64,000 nt of DNA, taken from contig CAZQJY010000001.1 in assembly GCA_964593465.1 (NCBI GenBank), forward strand, positions 74,480 through 138,479, given 5' to 3'. Shown one piece after another: positions 45,895 through 55,190 of this stretch; position 1 is the stretch's first letter; every line of letters starts with the position of its first letter. The position numbers were made by a program, and so were the translations under genes. The notes below the pieces were generated by a model. The model was not told the DNA's origin and did no database searches. It was given only the letters and a program-made list of their open reading frames with translations. Source of the stretch: an uncultured Candidatus Saccharibacteria bacterium. Its GTDB lineage: Bacteria > Patescibacteriota > Saccharimonadia > Saccharimonadales > Saccharimonadaceae.

Positions 45895-46504
45895 TGTACG
45901 AGCTGGCAAGATTACTCGAATGATACTCATTGTCATTGCTGTAACTGCATGTCTTTATGGTGTGTGGGCATATATATTTTCGTTTCAAACAGTCACTTTC
46001 ACATTTGATGATAAGCTTGGCTACATAGAAATAGAGAATAGTAGTAAACAAAAATTGTACCCAAAAAACAATCAAGTCGCACGACTCAAAAAGGGTGAGT
46101 ACACAGCCAAAAATATTGGCAAAAACATCACCAAAGATACACGAAAAATCACTATAGCCAGTGGTATACAGAGCGTAGAGACATCATTTAGCTATACCGA
46201 AAAATATTTAGAAAAGCTATATGCAGCAGAAAAGGAAACTATCTACAAGGTACTTCTGCGTGAGTATCCAGAAATTAGCAAGTTGTATGTAATTCGCACA
46301 GACAGACTCTACGCTCGCGGTAATGTGTTTGGCGCGACACTCATTGCTAAAGATCAAAATAGTGATAATGCAGATACCTTGCGAGTAGTTATGCAAAAAA
46401 AATCCGATAGATGGGAAGTGCAATCCAAGCCGCCAACACCAATCCTTAGCGCAGCAGAATACCCGGATATACCGCGTGACGTCTTACTTAAAATCAACAA
46501 TTAG
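45887..46504 (+). CDS. single-TM accessory protein (cassette 2)
   Basis: N-terminal TM; LKKGEY; C-terminal WEV..PP..YPDIP..L. Confidence 0.75.
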   Translation: MNSVRAGKITRMILIVIAVTACLYGVWAYIFSFQTVTFTFDDKLGYIEIENSSKQKLYPKNNQVARLKKGEYTAKNIGKNITKDTRKITIASGIQSVETSFSYTEKYLEKLYAAEKETIYKVLLREYPEISKLYVIRTDRLYARGNVFGATLIAKDQNSDNADTLRVVMQKKSDRWEVQSKPPTPILSAAEYPDIPRDVLLKINN

Positions 46505-46507
46505 TAG

Positions 46508-47548
46508 TTATTGAAGCTCTATAACCGCAGCGCTATCGATACCCGTATAGGCATTTGTACTAGTAATAAACATTTGATTACCTCGGCATTTTTCCGCCAA
46601 GCGTTGTTGTCGTGATTCGTCGAGCTCAGCAAACACATCATCAAGCAATACGATAGGTGAGAGGCCAGTAGACTCGGATGCAACATCTACTTCGATAAAC
46701 TTGAGCGCCAGAATAATACTACGGATCTCTCCGCGCGATGCTACCGCCACTGCAGGCGATCCATTAAACTCGGATACTATATCATGCCTGTGTGGACCGA
46801 TACTTGTAAATCCTAGATAGGTGTCGCGTTCAAAATTTGTATGCAAGTCGTTCGTGAGCTTCTGTTCGATATTATCTATCATTGTGTGTGAATAATGGAG
46901 CGCTACAGCGTCATTTACCCCGGCAATAGTAGCATATGTATCGCCAAGTGACGTGTTTATGCGCTCTACCACTTGTGTACGTTCACGGATAATTTCGGCG
47001 CCATACTCTGCCAGCGACACATCCCATATAAACACCTCATCGCGCGATATATTTGAACTTTTAAGTAGAGCATTGCGTTGTCTTAGCGCTCGTTCATATT
47101 TGCGTACTGTAGTAGGGTAGTGTGGGTTGAGCTGCGAGATAAACGTATCTATAAACTGTCGACGACGCGTTGGTGAACCATGAAGTAGGCGTAGTTCGTC
47201 TGGCTCAAAGAGTATTACGGGATACTTTGCCCCAGGTGTCATGCGGTAGCTTTTTTTGCCGTTGATATCAAATTGCTTACGCCCAGACTGCTTAGTGCTA
47301 TCAAATTTTATAGTGCGCACATCATCACCAGCACTAACATCCACTCGCCACCATGTCTCGTCTCGTGCTAAAAAATCTACATCACTACCACGAAAAGAAG
47401 TGCCGCGAAGTGCGATATTAAGCGCTTCTAGAAGCGTTGTCTTGCCGGAGCCATTGCGTCCGGTAATCACGCTTACACGAGACGATATATCAAACCGCGC
47501 ATCATTATGAGAGCGAGTGTGTTGGACGCGCAAGCTTGTTATGTTCAT
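46508..47548 (-). CDS. recF: DNA replication and repair protein RecF
   Basis: GRNGSGKTTLLEA, LFEP..L..GSP.RRR.F.D, GPHRHD, SRGE.RS, LLDDVFAELD. Confidence 0.93.
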   Translation of the reverse strand: MNITSLRVQHTRSHNDARFDISSRVSVITGRNGSGKTTLLEALNIALRGTSFRGSDVDFLARDETWWRVDVSAGDDVRTIKFDSTKQSGRKQFDINGKKSYRMTPGAKYPVILFEPDELRLLHGSPTRRRQFIDTFISQLNPHYPTTVRKYERALRQRNALLKSSNISRDEVFIWDVSLAEYGAEIIRERTQVVERINTSLGDTYATIAGVNDAVALHYSHTMIDNIEQKLTNDLHTNFERDTYLGFTSIGPHRHDIVSEFNGSPAVAVASRGEIRSIILALKFIEVDVASESTGLSPIVLLDDVFAELDESRQQRLAEKCRGNQMFITSTNAYTGIDSAAVIELQ

Positions 47549-47551
47549 GTG

Positions 47552-48652
47552 CTAGCTCTTGAGCGGCATTACGATATGCTTGTAGTTTACTTTTTTCTCG
47601 TCACTCGTAAGAATCGTTGGCGCAAGCTTGCCAGAAAAGCTAAACACAACAGTATCGCCATCTACTACAGATAATGCTTCACTCAGATAACGCGAATTGA
47701 GCGTCACTGTGCCACCACCTGTCACAGCAGCATCAGCCTCGGAAGTGTTTTCACCCAATTCGGATGCCACAGAATGGAGTGATAATGTACCTGCATCTGC
47801 ATCGGCGGTAATAGTCACACTGCCACCACTGTCGCGAGCAAATAGCCCAGATATTTTAGTGATTCGCACAAACTCAGCTTTTGGTAGTACAACACGTGTT
47901 TCCGTCTTCTCGGGTATGAGCTGACGATATGGCGGAAAGTTACCACTAATAAGCTGACTTGTCACCTCGGCTTCATCAATACAGAAGCGCACCTGTAATT
48001 CATCAAAAAGTATCTCAACTTCTTCTGTAGCCTCGCCAATAGTGCGCAGGACTTCTTGTAGGGTGGTGGTTGGTATAATAGCCGCAACCTCACTTGTCGT
48101 ATCCACAAGCCATCGCTCTGCCAGGCGATATCCATCCGTACCAGCTAAATACAGTCCGCCTTCGTGAGAATGCCAGTATACACCCGTAAGAATTGGTCGT
48201 GTCGAATCATTTGATGTCGTGATGATAGTCTGTGCGACCGCTTGCTTGAAGTCACTCGCTGCAATACGATAGCGTACTGCTACATCTTCTTCAACAACAG
48301 GTAGTTCAGGGAAGTCCTCAGCATCAAGTCCATTAATTACCGAGCTGTACTTGCCAGATGTAATATGCAGCTGAGTACCTTTTACTTTGAGTTCGATTGT
48401 ATCTTTGGGTAGGCTTGATACAAAATCAGTAATCAAGCGAGCGGGAACTGTAATAGATCCAGGTGTGACAATCTTCGTGCCAATAAACTGGGTTGAGGCA
48501 ATTTCCATGTTCATCGCAGCCACTAATAGGCGATTGCCATCTGTACGTAACAAAATGTTATTCAATATTGGAAGCTGGGTACGGCTACTTGCAACTCTAC
48601 CCACTGCACTAAGTGCACGAGCTAAGTTTTCTTGGAGGACAGATAGTTCCAT
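47552..48652 (-). CDS. dnaN: DNA polymerase III beta clamp
   Basis: LPILNNILL, AMNMEI, TDGYRLAE, FPPYRQLIP, HIVMPLK. Confidence 0.97.
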   Translation of the reverse strand: MELSVLQENLARALSAVGRVASSRTQLPILNNILLRTDGNRLLVAAMNMEIASTQFIGTKIVTPGSITVPARLITDFVSSLPKDTIELKVKGTQLHITSGKYSSVINGLDAEDFPELPVVEEDVAVRYRIAASDFKQAVAQTIITTSNDSTRPILTGVYWHSHEGGLYLAGTDGYRLAERWLVDTTSEVAAIIPTTTLQEVLRTIGEATEEVEILFDELQVRFCIDEAEVTSQLISGNFPPYRQLIPEKTETRVVLPKAEFVRITKISGLFARDSGGSVTITADADAGTLSLHSVASELGENTSEADAAVTGGGTVTLNSRYLSEALSVVDGDTVVFSFSGKLAPTILTSDEKKVNYKHIVMPLKS

Positions 48653-48914
48653 AGTTGTTATTTATCCTTTCTTTTCTTTGTGTGTAGTTATAGTAGGGGG
48701 TGTGGATACGGTGGAAAAATAGTCTAAGTACAGAGGTGAAAGATGTGTAGTTGGTTGTTGAAAAAGTCTAGTAAAACTTGCGGATATAGTTGTGAAAAAG
48801 CTGTGTGTTTTGCACGATTTTTGTGCAAAGTATCGCAGTGCTGCATGATCTGTGGATATGGGTACACATTTTATCCAGCTAGTTGTGCGCAGTGAATACA
48901 CATATTGTCCACAA
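48653..48914. other. oriC unwinding sub-region (dnaA-dnaN intergenic)
   Basis: TAG TTA TAG TAG (DnaA-trios, 48685-48696), GGGG, TGTGGATAC GGTGGAAAA (48701-48718); further boxes at 48851, 48871 and 48905; plus strand changes from C-rich to G-rich here. Confidence 0.85.
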
Positions 48915-50285
48915 TTACGCATAGAGTTGCTCCCGAATCTCGGCAACGTGTTCACGCACGATAAAGTCTAGTTTGGTGGCTTTTTCTATCTTTTCGACAG
49001 AATGCATAGCTGTTGTATGATCCTTGCGGCCAAGTTCGCTTGCTATGATGGGAAAACTGAGGTGTAGCTCGCTTCGGAGCAGATACATAGCAATCTGACG
49101 CGGCAAGACGATGTGTTTGTCTCGCTTAGATCCACAGATTTCTGCCACAGGAATCTGAAAGTGCCGAGCAGTTTTATCGACAATCTGTTTGGCTGTGAGG
49201 TGGCGTGGTCGGGTTCGACGCACGTTGCCCAGTAGTCCCTCGGCTGTAGAGATATCTGGCGTAACACCGCGCATCTCTGCATAGGCGAGTAGTTGATTGA
49301 GCGCACCTTCAAGCTCACGGATATTTGTCTTAATGTTTTCCGCTAGGTATTCCACAGTCTCTTCGCCTAAATGTACGCCAGACATTTCAGCTTTGGCTTG
49401 GATGATGGCGCTACGCGTTTCAAAGTCCGGCATTTGTACATCGATAGTCATACCCCACTCGAATCGACTGCGTAAACGCTCTGTGAGCGTAGGGATGCTT
49501 TTGGGCGGCTTGTCGCTACTGATGATAATTTGTTTGTTGGATTGATGGAGAGTGTTGAAGGTGTGGAAGAACTCCTCCTGAGTTTTCTCTTTACCGGCAA
49601 TAAATTGCACGTCATCAACAATCAACACATCGGCATTTCGATATGTATCAGCAACCTTTTTTTTATTGCGGATGGCTTCGGTAAATTCTTTAACAAAAGT
49701 ATCGGTATTTATATAGACCACATTTTGCGAAGAATCCTTGGCTTTAATGGCGTTACCAACAGCCTGCATAAGGTGGGTTTTACCGAGCCCAACACCACCG
49801 TATAGAAAGAGAGGGTTGTATTTTGTACCCGGCTGCTCGGCTACGGCTTGGCATGCAGTATATGCTAGGTCATTACTAGATCCAACAATAAAGTTTTCAA
49901 AAGAGTAGCGTGGGTTGAGCTGTGGCGTTGCCGTGCGCCTGTTTCCAGGCACAGTGAGTTGTATAGCATCTTCTAGCGCAGGGGTGGATCTATTGGCCGT
50001 AACCTCTCGGTTTACAACAGTACGTTTACCCTTTGAGTTTACAACATAGTTGATTTTTTGTACGTCTATCCCGTTTTTTTCTAAAGCAGCTTTTACCTGG
50101 GAGTTGTACTTTGTCTGAAATTGACGGATAGCAAAGCTATTCTGTACAGCAATTTCTACGTAGCCGTCATTAGCATCTACAAGTTCTGTAGTTTGAAACC
50201 ACGTCGCAAAAATAGCTTTCGAAATAGACTTATCTAATTCTATTTCGCCTAATACACTTTGCCATAACGCATGAGTGGTTGCCAT
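48915..50285 (-). CDS. dnaA: chromosomal replication initiator DnaA
   Basis: LNPRYSFENF, YNPLFLYGGVGLGKTHL, DDVQFIAGKE.TQEEFFHTFN, RELEGAL, KDHTT; start ATG 50285. Confidence 0.98.
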   Translation of the reverse strand: MATTHALWQSVLGEIELDKSISKAIFATWFQTTELVDANDGYVEIAVQNSFAIRQFQTKYNSQVKAALEKNGIDVQKINYVVNSKGKRTVVNREVTANRSTPALEDAIQLTVPGNRRTATPQLNPRYSFENFIVGSSNDLAYTACQAVAEQPGTKYNPLFLYGGVGLGKTHLMQAVGNAIKAKDSSQNVVYINTDTFVKEFTEAIRNKKKVADTYRNADVLIVDDVQFIAGKEKTQEEFFHTFNTLHQSNKQIIISSDKPPKSIPTLTERLRSRFEWGMTIDVQMPDFETRSAIIQAKAEMSGVHLGEETVEYLAENIKTNIRELEGALNQLLAYAEMRGVTPDISTAEGLLGNVRRTRPRHLTAKQIVDKTARHFQIPVAEICGSKRDKHIVLPRQIAMYLLRSELHLSFPIIASELGRKDHTTAMHSVEKIEKATKLDFIVREHVAEIREQLYA

Positions 50286-50379
50286 TGTAGCCGTACTCTC
50301 CCTATATTGAATTTGTACCTCGATACCTTGTAGTAGGGTTTCGAAGTGTTCTATATAAAAACTATAACGAAGTATATAG

Positions 50380-50492
50380 TTTTCCACAAGCTATAGGACG
50401 ATGTAAAAAACTATCCAAAAAAGCTACAATTTATCCACATATCAGCAACAACATTAGTAATACTGTGGATAAACTATACATAAATGAGGATA
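50380..50492. promoter_or_regulatory. DnaA-box cluster upstream of dnaA (second oriC part / autoregulation)
   Basis: perfect TTATCCACA (50431) and TGTGGATAA (50464); near matches at 50380, 50411 and 50484. Confidence 0.85.
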
Positions 50493-50584
50493 ACTCGATA
50501 ACTACAGTATGATTTTTACCGCCCTGCAAGTGCAAACAGGCATCTCTTGAAAAAACAACAAATATAGGGTACTATAGGACAGAT

Positions 50585-50722
50585 ATGCCAAAGCGAACAC
50601 ACCAACCACATACTCGTCATCGCGCACGCACGCACGGTTTTCGTGCTCGTGTTTCGACCAAAGCTGGTCGTGCGGTGATTAAGCGCCGCCGAATTAAAGG
50701 CCGCGCTCGCCTCACTGTCTAG
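50585..50722 (+). CDS. rpmH: 50S ribosomal protein L34 (absent from the ORF track)
   Basis: own translation [45 protein letters not shown]. Confidence 0.96.
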   Translation: MPKRTHQPHTRHRARTHGFRARVSTKAGRAVIKRRRIKGRARLTV

Positions 50723-50742
50723 TTTGACTTTTGAGGTATTCT

Positions 50743-50782
50743 AAATAACTGTCTCGGGTTTAAGCTTGAGACAGTTATTTTT
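50743..50782 (+). terminator. terminator/attenuator between rpmH and rnpA
   Basis: aaataactgtctc / gagacagttattt plus T-run. Confidence 0.75.
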
Positions 50783-50829
50783 AATTGTAGTACGGCTACT
50801 AGTACCACAAGGTGGTATACTTTTTATAT

Positions 50830-51183
50830 ATGTTAGCTCAGAAAAATCGGTTTCATGGTCATGCGAGCCTTAAATATGTGTATCGCAATGGGCTTGTCTC
50901 GCGCTCGCGATTTTTTATTGTAAGAGTAACAGTAAATACCCGTCGAAAAGCACCACGATGCAGTGTGGTGGTAAGTAAAAAGGTTCTAAAAAGTGCGGTA
51001 GGACGCAATCGTATTCGACGTCGTGTGTACCATATCCTCCATGAGCAGCTTGTGACTTTTGATGGTAGTCAAGATGTAGTGGTGGGTGTTTGTCTATCTG
51101 AGGTGGCTTTTATGGATCACATAGAGCTTAAAAAGCAGCTCACACAACAACTCAAAGAAGTGTCAGCTATCGCTACAAAGTAG
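50830..51183 (+). CDS. rnpA: ribonuclease P protein component
   Basis: VVVSKKVLKSAVGRNRIRRRV RNR motif; follows rpmH. Confidence 0.92.
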   Translation: MLAQKNRFHGHASLKYVYRNGLVSRSRFFIVRVTVNTRRKAPRCSVVVSKKVLKSAVGRNRIRRRVYHILHEQLVTFDGSQDVVVGVCLSEVAFMDHIELKKQLTQQLKEVSAIATK

Positions 51184-51235
51184 CAAAAATGATATAATTA
51201 GCTGAGTTACAAGTAAAAAAGAAGTGTGAGTTTAC

Positions 51236-52267
51236 GTGAATCTAATTGATACTGTTATTATCCAACCTATATTTAACGCGCTAATGTTGATATATGGACT
51301 GATCCCTGGTGGTGATTTTGGGGTGGCCGTTATACTGTTTACGATTTTAGTACGTCTACTTATGTGGCCGCTTGTCAAAAAACAACTCCATCAAGTTAAG
51401 CTCATGCGTAAACTTCAGCCAGAGTTGGTAAAAATCAAGAAAAAAGCCAATGGTAACCGCCAGCAAGAAGGTATGATGCAGCTAGAGCTGTATAAGAAGC
51501 ACAGTGTTAATCCTTTTCGTACAATCGGTATTTTACTAATTCAACTTCCAATTTTTATTGGACTTTTTCATGTGATACGTATTTTTACAGACCATCGTGA
51601 TGAGTTAGCAAAATTTACCTACTCTTTCCTGGAGAACTGGCAGCCGGTTGCAAACCTTATAGCAAACCCAGATACATTCAACCAGATGCTGTTTGGGATT
51701 GTTGATCTTACTAAGCACGCAGTTAATTTTAGTACGGGTGATTTTAGTCCATTTTTGATATTTATAGCGGTAGCGGCAGGTGTTTTGCAGTATGTCTCTA
51801 CTAAGCAGACTATGCCTCAACAAGAGAGTAAAAAAGGCCTCAGGCAGCTCATGGCCGAAGCTGCTGACGGCAAGCAGGTAAGCCAATCCGAAATGAACGG
51901 TGTGGTGATGCAAAAGATGGTTAAATTCATGCCAGTTATGATGGTGTTTATCATGGTGAGCCTACCAGGTGCTCTTGCATTGTATTACGCGGTTTCGACA
52001 GCTGTGGCAGTGTTGCAGCAACATATTTTACTTAAGCGCGACGAAGAGGAGATGGAAGATATTGCAGATATTGCCGACAAGGCTGTCAAAGATGCTGAGA
52101 AACAAGCCAAACGTCGCGAATCTAAAGCACAACAGGCGGAAGTAATTGCTACCGACACAAAGCCTCGTAAAAAAGCTGCAAGAGTAAAATCAACCAAAAA
52201 GAAGCCAACCCAAAAAGCTACTGTGCGTGTTGTTGCAAAGTCAAGCAAGAAAGGGAGGAAGTCATGA
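51236..52267 (+). CDS. yidC: membrane protein insertase YidC (short, monoderm type)
   Basis: FGVAVILFTILVRLLMWPL, LQPEL..IKK, LIQLPIF, ALALYY; Lys-rich tail. Confidence 0.93.
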   Translation: MNLIDTVIIQPIFNALMLIYGLIPGGDFGVAVILFTILVRLLMWPLVKKQLHQVKLMRKLQPELVKIKKKANGNRQQEGMMQLELYKKHSVNPFRTIGILLIQLPIFIGLFHVIRIFTDHRDELAKFTYSFLENWQPVANLIANPDTFNQMLFGIVDLTKHAVNFSTGDFSPFLIFIAVAAGVLQYVSTKQTMPQQESKKGLRQLMAEAADGKQVSQSEMNGVVMQKMVKFMPVMMVFIMVSLPGALALYYAVSTAVAVLQQHILLKRDEEEMEDIADIADKAVKDAEKQAKRRESKAQQAEVIATDTKPRKKAARVKSTKKKPTQKATVRVVAKSSKKGRKS

Positions 52268-52722
52268 GCCAACAAGAATCAATAGAGCTTGCCAGCAAAA
52301 CCGTGCAAGACATCATATCCTTTTTTGAGGTAAATGTAGATATCGAAACCCAGGTCGAGGATGATGTAATTAATATTGCAGTTGGATCGAGTGAACTTAA
52401 TAGTTTACTGATTGGGCGTAACGCTGAGACGCTTCGTAGTTTGCAATCTATCGTTGTAAGCGTACTGCGCAATCAAGATGCTGAAATCCAGCGCGTCAAC
52501 ATCGATATTGCGGACTATAAGAAGCAACGAGCCGAGAAGCTGGCAGAAAAAGCTCGTAGCTGGATAGAGGAAGTTCGTACCACGGGTGAATCACATGTAG
52601 CAAACCTCAACGCAGCTGATAGGCGTGTAGTGCATCACGTAGCGGCAGAGTATAGCGACATCAAGACATTTTCTGAAGGCGAAGGCCGAGATCGTCGATT
52701 GATTATTGCTCGTACCCAGTAG
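52264..52722 (+). CDS. jag: Jag/KhpB-like RNA-binding protein (KH + R3H, no Jag_N)
   Basis: LIGRNAETLRSLQ, DIADY, DRRVVH, SEGEGRDR. Confidence 0.88.
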   Translation: MSQQESIELASKTVQDIISFFEVNVDIETQVEDDVINIAVGSSELNSLLIGRNAETLRSLQSIVVSVLRNQDAEIQRVNIDIADYKKQRAEKLAEKARSWIEEVRTTGESHVANLNAADRRVVHHVAAEYSDIKTFSEGEGRDRRLIIARTQ

Positions 52723-53173
52723 TCGAGTTCTGTTCTTGTTGAGCTTTGCGTAACTTGGCGTAGGTACTTGCGCCAACGAGCGCAGCGCTTGCAATGGCTG
52801 TTGTAAGTGGGCCACCAGGTGCACGCTCAATAACCTGTTGAGCAGCCTCGTATGTATCCTGAGTGATGCCAGGTTTTACATGTTCAGCGGCGATCCATAC
52901 GCTGCTACCTATAAAAATGACAGCATGGGCAGTGTTTCTAAAAGCATCTACTTTTTCTTGGAATGCACTGCGCCTGGGTGTTTCTATCGAACCCTCTTGA
53001 TAATTTGATGGTCCATATTCATCCTGAGCTGGTTCAAAAGTGTTTTTTGCCACACCATAGGGCTGCATATCAGGGGTACCATCAGAATTCCATATATTAA
53101 CAGCAGTGGTATTGGGTGTAATTTCGGGGATAGGCCGCTATTCTTCGGTATTTGTTTTTAGAGTTTCTACCAT
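52703..53173 (-). pseudogene. hypothetical membrane protein with an in-frame TAG near its 5' end
   Basis: ATG 53173 is in frame with ORF 52703..53068 but has TAG at codon 12 (53138-53140); TTGACT-17-TAAAAT promoter ends 6 nt before that ATG. Confidence 0.45.
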
Positions 53174-53226
53174 GTATATATTTTAGCATAATTATTATAA
53201 AAAGTCAATATGCTTCTATATACCTA

Positions 53227-54318
53227 TCAATGTAATGCAATTTTATATTGATCAAGCGTTTCTTTGGCCATAGTGTGCCAAGAGTATTTTTCTCGCTGTT
53301 TTTTGCCGTTTGTAATGAGATTGGTGCGTAGTTCGTCGTTAATAAGTACATCACTTATAGCCCGTACGATATCATCGACACTGGTGGGTGTGAAATAGTG
53401 AGCTGCGTCGCCTAGTACTTCTGGCATACACGAGGCGTTACTACTTATCACGGGTGCATCGTATTGCATTGCCTCGAGTGGTGGTAGACCAAAACCTTCC
53501 ATGAGCGAAGGAAACACATATGCAGCGCAGTTCTTGTAAAGCCAGTCACGCTGGTCATCTTCGATAAATCCGGTAAAGTGAATGTTTTTATAGCCTTTTT
53601 TCTCAAAATACTCTTTAGTTATTTGTGCACTTTTATTGACGCGCCCTACAAGGATGAGTCCGAGATCAGGATGATTAGCTAATAGTTTTTGATGTGCATC
53701 GCCAAGGCGTTTGATATTTTTGTAATCACTTTGCTGGCCGACGTAGAGTAGAAATTTTTTATATGGTGTGTCATACGGTGTTACTTTGCCAGCTTGAAGT
53801 TTATCGGCTGCTTCGTAGGTGACAACTACTTTATCTTCTATACCTTTGTGAAATGCTTCTACCTCGCGTTTAACGGTCCATGTCGGCACGAGTACGCGAG
53901 TGCTAGTAGTGAGTGCACGGTGAAACGCGTATCGTCCTATGAGTTGTTTGATGTGAAATACTAACCAGTTTTTATCTGAGTTGTAGGTATTAAGAAGAGT
54001 GAGGTCGTGAAACGTGGTGATGTGCGTGCCCTTGTAACGTAGCGGTTGCTGTGGCATACAGAAATGTACCAAGTCTGCATTTAGCTCATTGAGATAACGT
54101 AAAAACCGTGTCTGTTCGGCAAATGAATAATTCTTAAAATCAATAGTTTGTACAGAAAAGTTTGGATTAGTCGGAGTATAAAAATCCCTGTCTTTACTTG
54201 GCACCAGGATTGTATAAGTATTATCGATATCAATCTGCTCAAGATAGTGGATTAAGCGCTCGACATAACGACCGGTAGAGCTGTTGATGATGCGAGCATC
54301 GATAGCGATATGGCTCAT
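53227..54318 (-). CDS. glycosyltransferase family 4
   Basis: IAIDAR, HDL, LYVG..YKNI, FVFPSLMEGFGLPPLEAM. Confidence 0.92.
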   Translation of the reverse strand: MSHIAIDARIINSSTGRYVERLIHYLEQIDIDNTYTILVPSKDRDFYTPTNPNFSVQTIDFKNYSFAEQTRFLRYLNELNADLVHFCMPQQPLRYKGTHITTFHDLTLLNTYNSDKNWLVFHIKQLIGRYAFHRALTTSTRVLVPTWTVKREVEAFHKGIEDKVVVTYEAADKLQAGKVTPYDTPYKKFLLYVGQQSDYKNIKRLGDAHQKLLANHPDLGLILVGRVNKSAQITKEYFEKKGYKNIHFTGFIEDDQRDWLYKNCAAYVFPSLMEGFGLPPLEAMQYDAPVISSNASCMPEVLGDAAHYFTPTSVDDIVRAISDVLINDELRTNLITNGKKQREKYSWHTMAKETLDQYKIALH

Positions 54319-55190
54319 GAAGATTGCCTCAGTAATTTTTGTAAGGCCGGGGTGATGTTCGTTACGCTATCGCACATAGTTACTCCAGCTTCTTGTAGCT
54401 TGGTAGTTTTGTAGCCTGCAGATTCCTGTTTACTTCCAAGAATAGCGCCAGCGTGACCAAGTTGTATACCTGCTGGTGCAGCGTGACCTGCAACATAACC
54501 AACGATAGGTTTGGTGATATGCGTTGCGATATAGTCTGCGGCTTTGTTTTCACTCTGACCGCCTATTTCACCAATCATCACGATAGCATCGACAGTTTCA
54601 TCTGATTGGAATTTTTTGAGACAATCGACAAAGTCTAGCCCCTTAATCTGATCGCCACCAATTCCTACTACGTAGCGCTCGCCAAGCCCTACTGTGGAAA
54701 GTGCTGCTACAACCTCGTAAGTGAGCGTACCACTGCGACTCACGACGCCGATTCGACCCGGTGTGAGGATTTGATTTGGGATAATACCAAGCTTGGATTC
54801 ACCTGGCGTGGCGATACCGGGGCAGTTGGGGCCAATGAGTATTGAATTACTCTTGGCTAGTTTTAGCTGCACTGCGAGCATGTCATGGACAGGAATACCT
54901 TCGGTGATACATACGATCAGTGGTACTTTGGCATCAATCGCTTCAAACAATGCACCGCGAGCATGAGCAGCAGGGACAAATATGACACTAGCATCTACCT
55001 TATGTTCTTTTTGTATGTCATGGATGGATTTATAGACAGGCACACCGTCAACTATTTGACCTGCCTTGTTTGGGGAAGTGCCGGCTACAATATTTGTACC
55101 GTAGGCGCGCATAGCTTGAGCGTGAAATGAGCCGTGTGAGCCAGTAATACCTTGTACTATCACGTTTTTTGGCGTGAATATGTTAGTCAT
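54315..55190 (-). CDS. sucD: succinyl-CoA synthetase alpha subunit
   Basis: VQGITG..G.FH, GPNCPG, SRSGTLTYE, GIGGD, IGEIGG, LGHAGAI phospho-His. Confidence 0.92.
   Translation of the reverse strand: MTNIFTPKNVIVQGITGSHGSFHAQAMRAYGTNIVAGTSPNKAGQIVDGVPVYKSIHDIQKEHKVDASVIFVPAAHARGALFEAIDAKVPLIVCITEGIPVHDMLAVQLKLAKSNSILIGPNCPGIATPGESKLGIIPNQILTPGRIGVVSRSGTLTYEVVAALSTVGLGERYVVGIGGDQIKGLDFVDCLKKFQSDETVDAIVMIGEIGGQSENKAADYIATHITKPIVGYVAGHAAPAGIQLGHAGAILGSKQESAGYKTTKLQEAGVTMCDSVTNITPALQKLLRQSS

Noticed and set aside
50286-50387. 34-aa N-terminal extension of DnaA
   Set aside because: Runs into the DnaA-box region; MATTHALWQSVL matches the typical domain I start
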